Assembly (NCBI GenBank): GCA_024508915.1
Contig: JANINR010000005.1
Location: forward strand, 1,169 to 65,168
Reading direction: 5' to 3'
Source: Lysobacteraceae bacterium
GTDB taxonomy: Bacteria; Pseudomonadota; Gammaproteobacteria; Xanthomonadales; Xanthomonadaceae
Length of the DNA stretch: 64,000 nucleotides
Below are positions 36,458 to 44,875 of this stretch, piece by piece. Position numbers and translations under genes: made by a program. Under the pieces are notes generated by a model. That model made no database searches. It was not told where the DNA came from and was given only the letters and a program-made list of their open reading frames with translations. How positions within the stretch are numbered: the first letter of the stretch is position 1; every line of letters starts with the position of its first letter.

Positions 36458-37929
36458 GCGAGGACGCCGCGGGCCTGCGGGACCGGGCCGCGGCACTGGC
36501 GCGGGCGGCGCGCGTCGACGACGCGATCCGCCTGCTGGAGCGCGCACTGGCCGCGGACCCGGACTCGGTCGCGACGCGGCAGAACCTCGCGGTGATGCTG
36601 CATCGCGCGGGGCGACCGGCGGAGGCGCTGGAGGCCGTGCAGGGCGCGCTGCAGCTGGCCCCCCGCGAACCTGCCTTGCTCGCGCTCCAGGCGACGATGC
36701 TCGCGCGCCTCGGACGTCCGGTGGCGGCGATCCCGGTGTACGAAGCGCTGTTCGCGCTCGGCGCGGCAGGCGCGCCGGAACGGAACGCGTATGCCCACGC
36801 GCTGAAGTCCGCCGGACGCGCGGGCGAGGCGGTTGCGGCGTACCGCGCGGCGATCGCGGCGGATCCGCGCGCCGGACAGGCGTGGTGGGGGCTCGCGAAC
36901 CTCAAGACGGGCGCGCTCGGGCCGGGCGACGTCGCGGCGATGCGCGACCTGCTCGCGCGCGGCGAGCTCGATCCGGACGCGCGGATCCACGTCGAGTTCG
37001 CGCTCGGCCGGGCACTCGAGGATGCGGGTGCGGACGCCGAGGCGTTCGCGCATTACGCGAACGGCAACGCGCTCCGCCGGCGCGGGATCCGCCACGACCC
37101 GGCGCGGGACGAGGAGGAGATGGAGGCGCTCGCGGCCGCGCAGACGGCCGGGTTCTTTTCGGCGCGCGAAGGCGCGGGCTGCGAATCGCCGGCGCCGATC
37201 TTCGTGGTGGGCATGCCGCGCTCCGGCTCGACCCTGGTGGAGCAGATCCTCGCCAGCCATCCACTCGTCGAAGGCACGATGGAACTCCCGGTCCTGCCGC
37301 GGATCGCGGGCCGCCTGGCGGCGGATGCGAAGGCGCGGGGACTGTCGCCGCACGCGGCGCTCGCGGCCCTGGACCGCGATGCGCTGCGCGCGCTGGGCGC
37401 GGCCTATCTCGAGCGCGCCGGCGTCTACCGGGCATCGCACCGGCCGCGCTTCGTCGACAAGATGCCGGACAACCATCGGCACGCCGGCCTGATCCACCTG
37501 ATCCTGCCGCGCGCCACGATCGTCGACGTGCGCCGGCACCCGATGGCGTGCGGCTGGTCCAACTTCACCCAGCTGTATGCCGCCGGCCAGGAATTCAGCT
37601 ACGACCTGGACTGGATCGGCCGCCGGCAGCGCTCCTATGCGCGCCTGATGGCGCATTTCGATGCCGTGCTTCCGGACCGGATCCTGCGGCTGCGGTACGA
37701 GGACCTGGTCGCCGACCCGGAGCGGGAGGTCCGGCGCCTGCTCGCGCATTGCGGGCTCGACTACGCGCCGCAATGCCTGCGCTTCCACGAGAACGCGCGC
37801 AGCGTCGCCACCGCCAGCGCGCAGCAGGTGCGGCGCCCGATCGATGCCTCCGGGCTTGCGCGGTGGCGCCGCTTCGAGGAGTGGCTGGGCCCGTTGCGCG
37901 GAGCGCTCGGAGCGGACGCGGACGGCTGA
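36454..37929 (+). CDS. TPR-repeat sulfotransferase family protein (start uncertain)
   Basis: N-terminal TPR-like repeats, then a sulfotransferase domain with the PAPS 5'-PSB motif VVGMPRSGSTLVEQIL and RLRYEDLV. No ATG, GTG or TTG lies upstream of the first TPR helix. The only candidate is CTG at 36454, overlapping the GFA stop. Confidence 0.8.
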   Translation: MSEDAAGLRDRAAALARAARVDDAIRLLERALAADPDSVATRQNLAVMLHRAGRPAEALEAVQGALQLAPREPALLALQATMLARLGRPVAAIPVYEALFALGAAGAPERNAYAHALKSAGRAGEAVAAYRAAIAADPRAGQAWWGLANLKTGALGPGDVAAMRDLLARGELDPDARIHVEFALGRALEDAGADAEAFAHYANGNALRRRGIRHDPARDEEEMEALAAAQTAGFFSAREGAGCESPAPIFVVGMPRSGSTLVEQILASHPLVEGTMELPVLPRIAGRLAADAKARGLSPHAALAALDRDALRALGAAYLERAGVYRASHRPRFVDKMPDNHRHAGLIHLILPRATIVDVRRHPMACGWSNFTQLYAAGQEFSYDLDWIGRRQRSYARLMAHFDAVLPDRILRLRYEDLVADPEREVRRLLAHCGLDYAPQCLRFHENARSVATASAQQVRRPIDASGLARWRRFEEWLGPLRGALGADADG

Positions 37930-37943
37930 CGCCGTCCGTTCCC

Positions 37944-38237
37944 TCAGTCTTCCTCTTCCTCGAATTCGACCAGCACCTCGAGGTCGAAGGACAAGGCCTC
38001 CACCGCCTCGCGCACCTTGCGCGCGGTGGATTCGTTCGGCGCCTCGATCTCGATCTCGTGCGCGTCCGGGCCGGCGATGTCGCTCAGCCCGGCGGAACTG
38101 GAGTCGGCGTCGTCCATGTGCGCCATCATGTCGCCCACTTCCTCCACGTGCTCGATGCCGTCCAGGCTCTGCAGGAGGTTCATCACGGCGCGGGTATCGT
38201 CCTCGCTTCCGGTCAGGCGCATGCGCAGGGTGGGCAT
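37944..38237 (-). CDS. small hyperacidic protein (hypothetical)
   Basis: 97 aa, about one third Asp/Glu, ending in EFEEEED. GC3-rich codons. Lies 66 nt downstream of the PPIase gene on the same strand. Confidence 0.65.
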   Translation of the reverse strand: MPTLRMRLTGSEDDTRAVMNLLQSLDGIEHVEEVGDMMAHMDDADSSSAGLSDIAGPDAHEIEIEAPNESTARKVREAVEALSFDLEVLVEFEEEED

Positions 38238-38303
38238 CGGTGCGGTCTCGCGGTGGGGTGCCGGCAGCCTAGGCAGCCCCGGAGCAATGCCGCGTGACGA
38301 CGC

Positions 38304-39269
38304 TCAGGGCGCCGTCGACGACGCCGGCGGCGTGCGGACCGGGACCGTGACGTTGCACAGGTCGATGTGGCCGGCCGGCACCTTGTACCACTCGTCCCTG
38401 CGGTTGCGGCGCATCTCCACCAGCTGCGCGAACAGCTGCGTGTCGGTGCGCAGCACCTGCAGCAGCGTGCGCTGCGCGACCGGGACGTCGGAGGCCAGCG
38501 CGACGGAAAGGATGGGCGTGCGCTGTTCCGGCTTCTCGTAGAACCCCATCGGGTCCGGACCGCGCGGGAGCACGCTGAGCAGTTCCATGCCCTTCAGGAC
38601 GCGGCCGACGACGGTGATGTTGCGGTCGAGCGCGCGCGGCGACTGGCCGTCGACCACGTACAGCTCCGTGCCGTTGCTGGAATCGGCCGCGACGTCGCGG
38701 CCCGCGCCGAGCGTGCCGTAGCAGTGCGCCATCCACGCCCGGCCGGCGGCGGGATCGCGCGCCGCGGGGAAGCCCTCGCTGAAGCCGATCTCCGGCGCCC
38801 AGCCGTCGCTGTCCGGCAGCGCGTCGAACGGCAGGCCGGCGGCGTCGCGGGTGAACTCGGCGGGCAGGTGCGCCCTGGCCGTGCCGATGGACTTGCGCTG
38901 CTTCTCGTCTTCGGTCGGGTCGCCGAACTGGACGACGAAATTGTCCTGCGAGCGGTAGATGCTCAGGCCGTCCCAGTAGTGTCCGCGGGCCAGCGCGCGG
39001 ATGTTGGCGACGTGCTGCGGCGCGAAGCGCGGCGCGAGTTCGATGACCACGCGCCCGGCGGGCAGTTGCATGTACAGGATGTCCTGCGGATCCGGCGTGC
39101 GCCACTCGGACGGCGAGGAGGCATCGAGCAGCTCCTTCGCCGTCTTGGGCTTGGCCGGCGTGTCGGCAGGCGCCCCCGCCGCCAGCGCCGTGGCGCAGGC
39201 GGCAGCGAGCCCGAGGGCGACGCACAGGCGCGGGATGCGCGCGACGATGGCAGGCTGGACTGGCGACAT
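38304..39269 (-). CDS. exported cyclophilin-type peptidyl-prolyl isomerase with C-terminal extension
   Basis: Signal peptide [30 protein letters not shown]. Cyclophilin-like core ([39 protein letters not shown]...ELYVVDGQ). ATG at 39269 is in frame with the stop at 38304. Confidence 0.85.
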   Translation of the reverse strand: MSPVQPAIVARIPRLCVALGLAAACATALAAGAPADTPAKPKTAKELLDASSPSEWRTPDPQDILYMQLPAGRVVIELAPRFAPQHVANIRALARGHYWDGLSIYRSQDNFVVQFGDPTEDEKQRKSIGTARAHLPAEFTRDAAGLPFDALPDSDGWAPEIGFSEGFPAARDPAAGRAWMAHCYGTLGAGRDVAADSSNGTELYVVDGQSPRALDRNITVVGRVLKGMELLSVLPRGPDPMGFYEKPEQRTPILSVALASDVPVAQRTLLQVLRTDTQLFAQLVEMRRNRRDEWYKVPAGHIDLCNVTVPVRTPPASSTAP

Positions 39270-39322
39270 GGCGGGCTCCCCGGGGACGTCCGCCGATTCT
39301 GCCGCACGCCGCGCGCGCGCGC

Positions 39323-39484
39323 TCAGTGCTTCTTCTTCCCGCCGTGGTCCTGCTTGTTGACGGTGGCCCAGGCGATCCGCTCGGCGTCGTCCTTGGACTT
39401 GCCTTCCTTCTTCTCGCTCTGCTCGATGTGGTGCGCCTGGCGCTTCTGCTTGTCGGTGTAGCTGGACTTGTCTCCGCGTGGCAT
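39323..39484 (-). CDS. 53-aa lysine-rich conserved small protein ([15 protein letters not shown]...WATVNK family)
   Basis: Not in the ORF track (too short). Sequence: ATG at 39484 preceded by GGAG; [53 protein letters not shown]; stop. I recall this pattern from small hypothetical proteins of proteobacteria. GC3-rich codons. Confidence 0.7.
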   Translation of the reverse strand: MPRGDKSSYTDKQKRQAHHIEQSEKKEGKSKDDAERIAWATVNKQDHGGKKKH

Positions 39485-39593
39485 GGGGCATCTCCGCGGC
39501 CGGAGGGGAGGGGCCGCATGCGCATCGTGGCCGTTGCGGCGTAAAGGCCCGGATGACGCGGCGTGAAGGCGGGGATGACTAGTGGCACATTCG

Positions 39594-39619
39594 CTATATC
39601 GAAGTTGTCAATAGACTGG
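39594..39619 (+). promoter_or_regulatory. AT-rich operator/promoter-like motif CTATATCGAAGTTGTCAATAGACTGG upstream of padR
   Basis: Ends 24 nt upstream of the padR ATG (39644). It is the only AT-rich patch in this intergenic region. A related motif lies at 3838-3868. Confidence 0.3.
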
Positions 39620-39643
39620 CCTCCAACCTAGCAGGAGTCCCCC

Positions 39644-40024
39644 ATGACCCCTCCCGATGTCGAGCCGGCCGAGCCACTGCTGCGCAAGTTCCAGAAGGAG
39701 CTGAGCGCGGGCACGGTGTCGCTGGCGCTGCTCGGCGTGCTCGCCGCAGCGCCGGAACCGATGTACGGCTACCAGATCGCCAAGCGCCTGGAGCAGGTCG
39801 GGGACGGCGTGCTCGCCGGCAAGCAGAGCGCCCTCTATCCCGTGCTCCGCAACCTTGAAGGTTCCGGCCTGCTCGACAGCTTCGTCGAGCCGTCCGTGTC
39901 GGGCCCGCCGCGCCGCTACTACCGCATCACCGCCGTCGGGCGGAACACCCTTCGCGCCTGGGCCGACGCCTGGCGCGCCACCCGCGACTCGGTCGACACC
40001 GTCCTCGAAGGATCCACGGCATGA
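39644..40024 (+). CDS. PadR family transcriptional regulator
   Basis: LALLGVLAAAPEPMYGYQIAKRLE...ALYPVLRNLEGSGLL...RRYYRITAVG is the PadR wHTH signature. Confidence 0.92.
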   Translation: MTPPDVEPAEPLLRKFQKELSAGTVSLALLGVLAAAPEPMYGYQIAKRLEQVGDGVLAGKQSALYPVLRNLEGSGLLDSFVEPSVSGPPRRYYRITAVGRNTLRAWADAWRATRDSVDTVLEGSTA

Positions 40025-40941
40025 ACGCCACCCAGCAGCCGCTGCCCACCACCATCCCCGACTACCTCGCGCAGCTGCGCGCGGCGCTCGCCGGCGCCGA
40101 TCCCGCGCTGCTCCAGGACGCGCTGTACGACGCGGAGGAGTACCTGCGCTCGGAACTCGCCGAGCATCCCGGCCAGTCGGAGGCGGAGGTGATCGCCGCC
40201 GTCGCCGGCAGCTACGGCGCACCCGAGGAGGTCGCCGACATCTACCGCGACACCGAGGCGCGGGTGCAGACCGCGCTGCGGCCGCCGCAGCCGCCGCGCC
40301 GCGAATCCGCGCTCGGCCGCTTCTTCGGCGTCGCCGCGGACCCGCGCACCTACGGCGCGCTGTTCTACGCGATCCTCGCGCTGGCCACCGGCACCTTCTA
40401 CTTCACCTGGGTGGTGACCGGCATTTCGCTGTCGCTCGGGCTGTCGGTGATCATCATCGGCGTCCCGTTCGTGATCTTGTTCCTCGGCTCCGTCCGGTTG
40501 CTGTCGCTGGTGGAGGGCCGCATCGTCGAGACGATGCTCGGCGAACGCATGCCGCGCCGCCCGGTGTATGCCGACCGCGACCGGCCGGTGCTCGCGCGGA
40601 TCAAGGAGATCTTCATCGACCCGCGCACCTGGTCGACGCTCGTGTACATGCTGGCGATGCTGCCGCTGGGCATCCTCTACTTCACGCTCGCGGTGGCGTT
40701 GCTGGCCACCTCGCTGGGCCTCGTCGTCGCGCCGGTGCTGGCGGCCTTCGGCGCGTTCGACGGCTGGTCGCTGAGCGGCGGCTGGATCGGCTACTGGGAA
40801 CCGGCGACGACGCTCGGGATGTGGGAACTCCCGATCGCCTTCGCCTGCGGCGTGGTCCTGCTTTTCGCCACGCTGCACCTGCTGCGCGGCATCGGCCGGG
40901 TCCACGGCGCGATCGCCAAGCAACTCCTGGTCAAGGCCTGA
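40021..40941 (+). CDS. DUF1700/HAAS-like N-terminal domain fused to a polytopic 'sensor'-type membrane domain
   Basis: IPDYLAQLRAAL...YDAEEYLRSEL...SEAEVIAAVAGSYGAPEEVADIY (DUF1700-like), then about 5-6 TM segments. ATG overlaps the padR stop (ATGA). Confidence 0.8.
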   Translation: MNATQQPLPTTIPDYLAQLRAALAGADPALLQDALYDAEEYLRSELAEHPGQSEAEVIAAVAGSYGAPEEVADIYRDTEARVQTALRPPQPPRRESALGRFFGVAADPRTYGALFYAILALATGTFYFTWVVTGISLSLGLSVIIIGVPFVILFLGSVRLLSLVEGRIVETMLGERMPRRPVYADRDRPVLARIKEIFIDPRTWSTLVYMLAMLPLGILYFTLAVALLATSLGLVVAPVLAAFGAFDGWSLSGGWIGYWEPATTLGMWELPIAFACGVVLLFATLHLLRGIGRVHGAIAKQLLVKA

Positions 40942-40945
40942 GCCG

Positions 40946-43006
40946 CTACCTCGTCCACTCGAGGCCGACGTAGACGGAGCGGCCGTCGCCCGGCAGGAAG
41001 TTGCGGCCGTCCATCCCGCGGGCATCGGCGACCACGCCGGTGCTCGCGATCCAGCGCCGGTCGGCGAGGTTGCGCAGGTCGGCGAACCAGTTCCAGCCGG
41101 CGCCGGCCTCGCCGCCGAGCCTGAGCCCGATGGTGGCGAACCCGGGCGCACGGAAGCTGTTGGCGTGGTCGACGAACCAGCCTTGCGGCACCCACTCGAC
41201 GTTGGGTTCGACGTGGAAGCGTCCGCTCCGCGACCAGCGCAGCGCCGCGCGCAACTGCTGCGGCGGAATGCCGGCGAGGCGATTGTCGCCGTACGCCGGA
41301 TCGCGCTCGAAGCGGAAATCGTTCAGCAGGTAGTTCGCCGACAGCCGCCAGTCGCGCGCGAACGCCCAGCCGGCGCCCAGCTCGAGGCCCTGGTGCAGGG
41401 TGCGGCCCGCGTTGACGGTCCCGAGCGGATTGCCGTCGGCGTCGTTGAGCGCGAGCAGCTCGCCGTCCACGCGCGCGCGGTACACCGCGATGTCGAGCGA
41501 CAGCGCGTCGCGCCGGGTCCGCATGCCGACTTCCGCGGTCGTCGCGCGCTGCTGGTCGACCTGGCTGACGCCGGGGCCGCCACTGAGCTCGCCGAAGCTC
41601 GGCGGCTCCGCGCTGCGGCTCAGGTTGGCGAACCACTGCGTGCGTGGATCGGCGTCGAAGCGCACGCCGGCACGCGGATTGAACGATGCATACGTGGTGT
41701 CGAAGCTCTCGTCGCGGTCGCCGTCGACCTGCAGGTCGCGCGAGCGGCGCGTGGCGCGCACGGCCTGCGCGCCCAGCACCAGCACCCAGCGCGGCGACAG
41801 CCAGGCCTGGTCCTCGACGAAGGCCGCGGTGTTGGCGGCGTGCTGGTCGAAACGGTTCGTCGGCGCGCCGGGCCGGCCGCCGATATTGGCGTGGCGCTGG
41901 TCGTCGAGGCTGCCGCTGGCGTGCGACAGGCCCGCGGCCAGCACGTGGCGCATGCCGGCGACGCGGCCTTCGCTGCGCCAGCGCAGGTCGATGCCATCGT
42001 CGCGCGAGCGCTGGTCCAGCACCTGGAAGATCGGATGGTGCAGCGACTTCGCGGAGTGGAAGAGCGACAGCGTCGCCGTGCTGCCTGCTTGAGGCGACCA
42101 TGCGAGCTTGCCGGCGATGCGGTCGAGGCGGAAATCGCGGCGCTGGTCCTGCGCGACGTTGCCCGGTGCGGCCAGCGACGGATCTTCGAGGGCTTCGGCG
42201 AGGGTGAGGTTGCCCGGCAGCGCCGAACGCGTATCGACGTGGGCAAGGTAGGCGCGTGCGTCGAGGGCGTCGTCGAAGCGGAACCCGGCGTTGGCGGTGA
42301 AGCGCGTGTTCTCCTGCTCCGCATGCGCCCGGAAGCCGTCCTGGCTCGCGCCGGTGAGCGTCGCGTACGCATCGGCGCGTCCGCCCGCACGGGCGACCGC
42401 CGCCTGCGCGCGCCGCGTGCCGAAGCTGCCGGCTTCCAGCCGGAGCGTGGCGGGCGGGGCGTCGTTGCCGGTGGGCGACACGAAGTCGATGGCACCGCCG
42501 AGCGTCGCCGCGCCGGCTTCCAGCGCGTTGGCGCCGCGCCAGACCCGGATGTAGCGCGCCGCAAGCGGCTCGATCGCCTGGAAGTCGAAGCTGCCGTCGG
42601 CGAGGTTCAGCGGCACGCCGTCCTGCAGCACGACCAGGCCGCGGCCGTGGAAGGTGCGCTGCAGGCCGGAGCCGCGGATCGAGAGGCGGGCTTCCTCGGC
42701 GCCGAAGCGCGGCTGCACGAACACGCCGGGGGCGAATCCGAGCGCGTCGACGAGGTTGCCGACGCGGCCGTCCCGATAGGCGTCGCCGTCGACGAGGGCG
42801 GTGGCACCGGCGCGCTCGTCGAGGCGCGCGCGCGCCTGGGCGATGTCGTCCGCCGCATTGGCGGGGAAGGTCTTGCCGCGCACGACGACGCGGCCGAGGT
42901 CGACCGGGACGTCGCCGGCGGAAACGGGGAAGGAAGCGGCCAGCGCGCACGCGAGCGCGAAGGCAAGGCGCGACGCACGCGGCGGCGCGATCTGGATCGT
43001 GGACAT
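40946..43006 (-). CDS. TonB-dependent outer-membrane receptor (OprC/NosA-like context)
   Basis: Signal peptide MSTIQIAPPRASRLAFALACALAASFPVSA. Plug region DLGRVVVRGK...ATALVDGDAY. Beta-barrel repeats. Preceded by a DUF2946 gene. Confidence 0.9.
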   Translation of the reverse strand: MSTIQIAPPRASRLAFALACALAASFPVSAGDVPVDLGRVVVRGKTFPANAADDIAQARARLDERAGATALVDGDAYRDGRVGNLVDALGFAPGVFVQPRFGAEEARLSIRGSGLQRTFHGRGLVVLQDGVPLNLADGSFDFQAIEPLAARYIRVWRGANALEAGAATLGGAIDFVSPTGNDAPPATLRLEAGSFGTRRAQAAVARAGGRADAYATLTGASQDGFRAHAEQENTRFTANAGFRFDDALDARAYLAHVDTRSALPGNLTLAEALEDPSLAAPGNVAQDQRRDFRLDRIAGKLAWSPQAGSTATLSLFHSAKSLHHPIFQVLDQRSRDDGIDLRWRSEGRVAGMRHVLAAGLSHASGSLDDQRHANIGGRPGAPTNRFDQHAANTAAFVEDQAWLSPRWVLVLGAQAVRATRRSRDLQVDGDRDESFDTTYASFNPRAGVRFDADPRTQWFANLSRSAEPPSFGELSGGPGVSQVDQQRATTAEVGMRTRRDALSLDIAVYRARVDGELLALNDADGNPLGTVNAGRTLHQGLELGAGWAFARDWRLSANYLLNDFRFERDPAYGDNRLAGIPPQQLRAALRWSRSGRFHVEPNVEWVPQGWFVDHANSFRAPGFATIGLRLGGEAGAGWNWFADLRNLADRRWIASTGVVADARGMDGRNFLPGDGRSVYVGLEWTR

Positions 43007-43072
43007 GGATTGGCTCCGGAACAACGCATGGGGACGCGCGGGCATCGCCGCGCGCGGATCGGACGCGCTGGA

Positions 43073-43483
43073 TCAGGAGGCGGACGGCGGGCCGCGGGAA
43101 CCGAGGCCGCAAGGATGCGGCGCGTCGCGCGACGGCGACGGGCGGGATGCGCAAAGGGCGGGCAGCGGCGCCGCGGGCGGCACCTGGACCGGCGCGATCG
43201 CCACCGGCATGGCCGCGGCGAGCAGCGGGCAGTAGTCGCAATCCCCGTCGTCCGTCCCGCGCGGCGACGCGGGCGCGTCGCCGCCCGCCAGCTGCAAGGC
43301 TCGCGCGTGGCCCCGCGATGCATCGTTCGCGGCCGGCAGCGCGACCCGCTCCAGGCCGCGGACCGTGCACAGCGCGGCCCACGCCGGCGTGGCACCGTCG
43401 GCCGCGGCGCGCGCCTGGGCCATGCGCCCCAGCGTCGGCACCAGCGCCAGCAGCAGGATCGCCAGCAACGCCAGCCGGGCCAT
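43073..43483 (-). CDS. DUF2946 family protein
   Basis: TM/signal segment MARLALLAILLLALVPTL, CDYCPLL motif and C-terminal HPCGLGSRGPP, as in DUF2946 proteins that precede copper-type TonB receptors. Start could be 43519. Confidence 0.7.
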   Translation of the reverse strand: MARLALLAILLLALVPTLGRMAQARAAADGATPAWAALCTVRGLERVALPAANDASRGHARALQLAGGDAPASPRGTDDGDCDYCPLLAAAMPVAIAPVQVPPAAPLPALCASRPSPSRDAPHPCGLGSRGPPSAS

Positions 43484-43523
43484 GGGCCGGCGGAAAGGAG
43501 CCGAGCGGATGGCGCGCATCGGA

Positions 43524-44786
43524 CTAGGCGGCGTGCCGCGCGATGAAGTCGCGCACCTGCGGGTACACCTGCGTGCGCCAGCGCCGGCCGCTGAAGATGC
43601 CGTAGTGGCCGGCGCCTTCCACCGTGAGGTGCTCGCGGTCTTCCATCGCGATGCCGGTGCACAGCCCGTGGGCCGCGCGCGTCTGGCCGGCGCCGGAGAT
43701 GTCGTCCAGCTCGCCTTCGATCGTCAGCAGCGCGGTGCGCCCGCCGGCGCCGGAGCCGATCGCCGACGGGTCGACGCGCTCGCCGGCCACGTCCCACAGG
43801 CCGCGCGGCAGCAGGTGTCGCTGGAACACGATGTCGACGGTGTCGAGGTAATAGGTCGCCGGCATGTCCAGCACGGCGTTGTATTCGTCGTAGAAGCGGC
43901 GGTGCGCCGCGGCGTCCTCGAGGTCGCCCTTCACCAGGTCCTGGTAGTAGTCCCAGTGCGACATGAAGTGGCGTTCCGGGTTCATCGCCATGAAGCCCGC
44001 ATGCTGCAGGAAGCCGGGGTACACCCGGCGGCCGCGGCCGGGGAAGTTCGACGGCACGATCTGGATGACGTTCTGCTCGAACCACCACAGCGGCTCGCGC
44101 GCGGCGAGGTTGTTGACCGCGGTCGGCGACAGGCGCGCGTCGATCGGCCCGCCCATCAGCACCAGCGAGCGCGGCGTGGGCTCGCCGCGCGCCGCCATCA
44201 GCGACACCGCGGCGAGGACCGGCACCGTCGGCTGGCAGACGCTGATCACGTGCAGGTCGGCGGCGCCGATGTGGCGGATGAACGCCTCGACGTAGCGCAC
44301 GTAGTCGTCGAGCGAGAACGTGCCTTCGGATTTCGGCACCATGCGCGCGTCGACCCAGTCGGTGACGTAGACCTTGTGGTCCTTCAGCAGGGTGCGGACG
44401 GTGTCGCGCAGCAACGTCGCATGGTGGCCCGACAGCGGCGCCACGACCAGCACGGGCGGGTCGTCCTTCAGCTCGCGCAGGTTGCCGGCGTCGTCGGTGT
44501 AGCGCTTGAACCGCAGCAGCCGGCAGAAGGGCCGCGACAGCACCTCCTTCTCGACGACGGGGCAGTCGGTGCCGTCGACTTCGACCGAATGGATGCCGAA
44601 CTCGGGCTTCTCGTAGTCCTTGCCGATGCGGTACAGCAGCTCGTAGCCCGCGGCGATGCGCGGCGCCTCCGGCAGCGCGGCGAGCCAGCTGCCCGGCGCG
44701 GAATACATCTTGGCGCCGGCTTCCGCCCAGAAGGTCAGCGGGGCCATGCCTGCGCGCCAGAGCTCGTGGAATTGATAGAGCAGCAT
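43524..44786 (-). CDS. phaZ: intracellular polyhydroxyalkanoate depolymerase
   Basis: MLLYQFHELWRAGMAPL...VVAPLSGHHATLLRDTV...DDISG.GQT...HYGIFSG is typical of PhaZ (TIGR01849-like). ATG at 44786, in frame. Confidence 0.9.
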   Translation of the reverse strand: MLLYQFHELWRAGMAPLTFWAEAGAKMYSAPGSWLAALPEAPRIAAGYELLYRIGKDYEKPEFGIHSVEVDGTDCPVVEKEVLSRPFCRLLRFKRYTDDAGNLRELKDDPPVLVVAPLSGHHATLLRDTVRTLLKDHKVYVTDWVDARMVPKSEGTFSLDDYVRYVEAFIRHIGAADLHVISVCQPTVPVLAAVSLMAARGEPTPRSLVLMGGPIDARLSPTAVNNLAAREPLWWFEQNVIQIVPSNFPGRGRRVYPGFLQHAGFMAMNPERHFMSHWDYYQDLVKGDLEDAAAHRRFYDEYNAVLDMPATYYLDTVDIVFQRHLLPRGLWDVAGERVDPSAIGSGAGGRTALLTIEGELDDISGAGQTRAAHGLCTGIAMEDREHLTVEGAGHYGIFSGRRWRTQVYPQVRDFIARHAA

Positions 44787-44875
44787 GGAAGTCCTGCGGT
44801 TGCTGCGCCGCAGCATAGCACCGGCAAGGTGACCGGCGCCTTGTCGCGGATCAGGTGGCGCCGACCATGGGTCGG

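Noticed and set aside
39583-39588. TGGCAC resembling a sigma-54 -24 element upstream of padR
   Set aside because: The required GC (-12) element is not at the canonical GG-N10-GC spacing; the downstream sequence is ATTCGCTATAT.
40791-43546. 863-aa (minus) and 793-aa (plus) ORFs across the TonB receptor locus
   Set aside because: These are alternative frames of the TonB-dependent receptor and DUF2946 genes, with Arg/Pro/Ala-rich translations.
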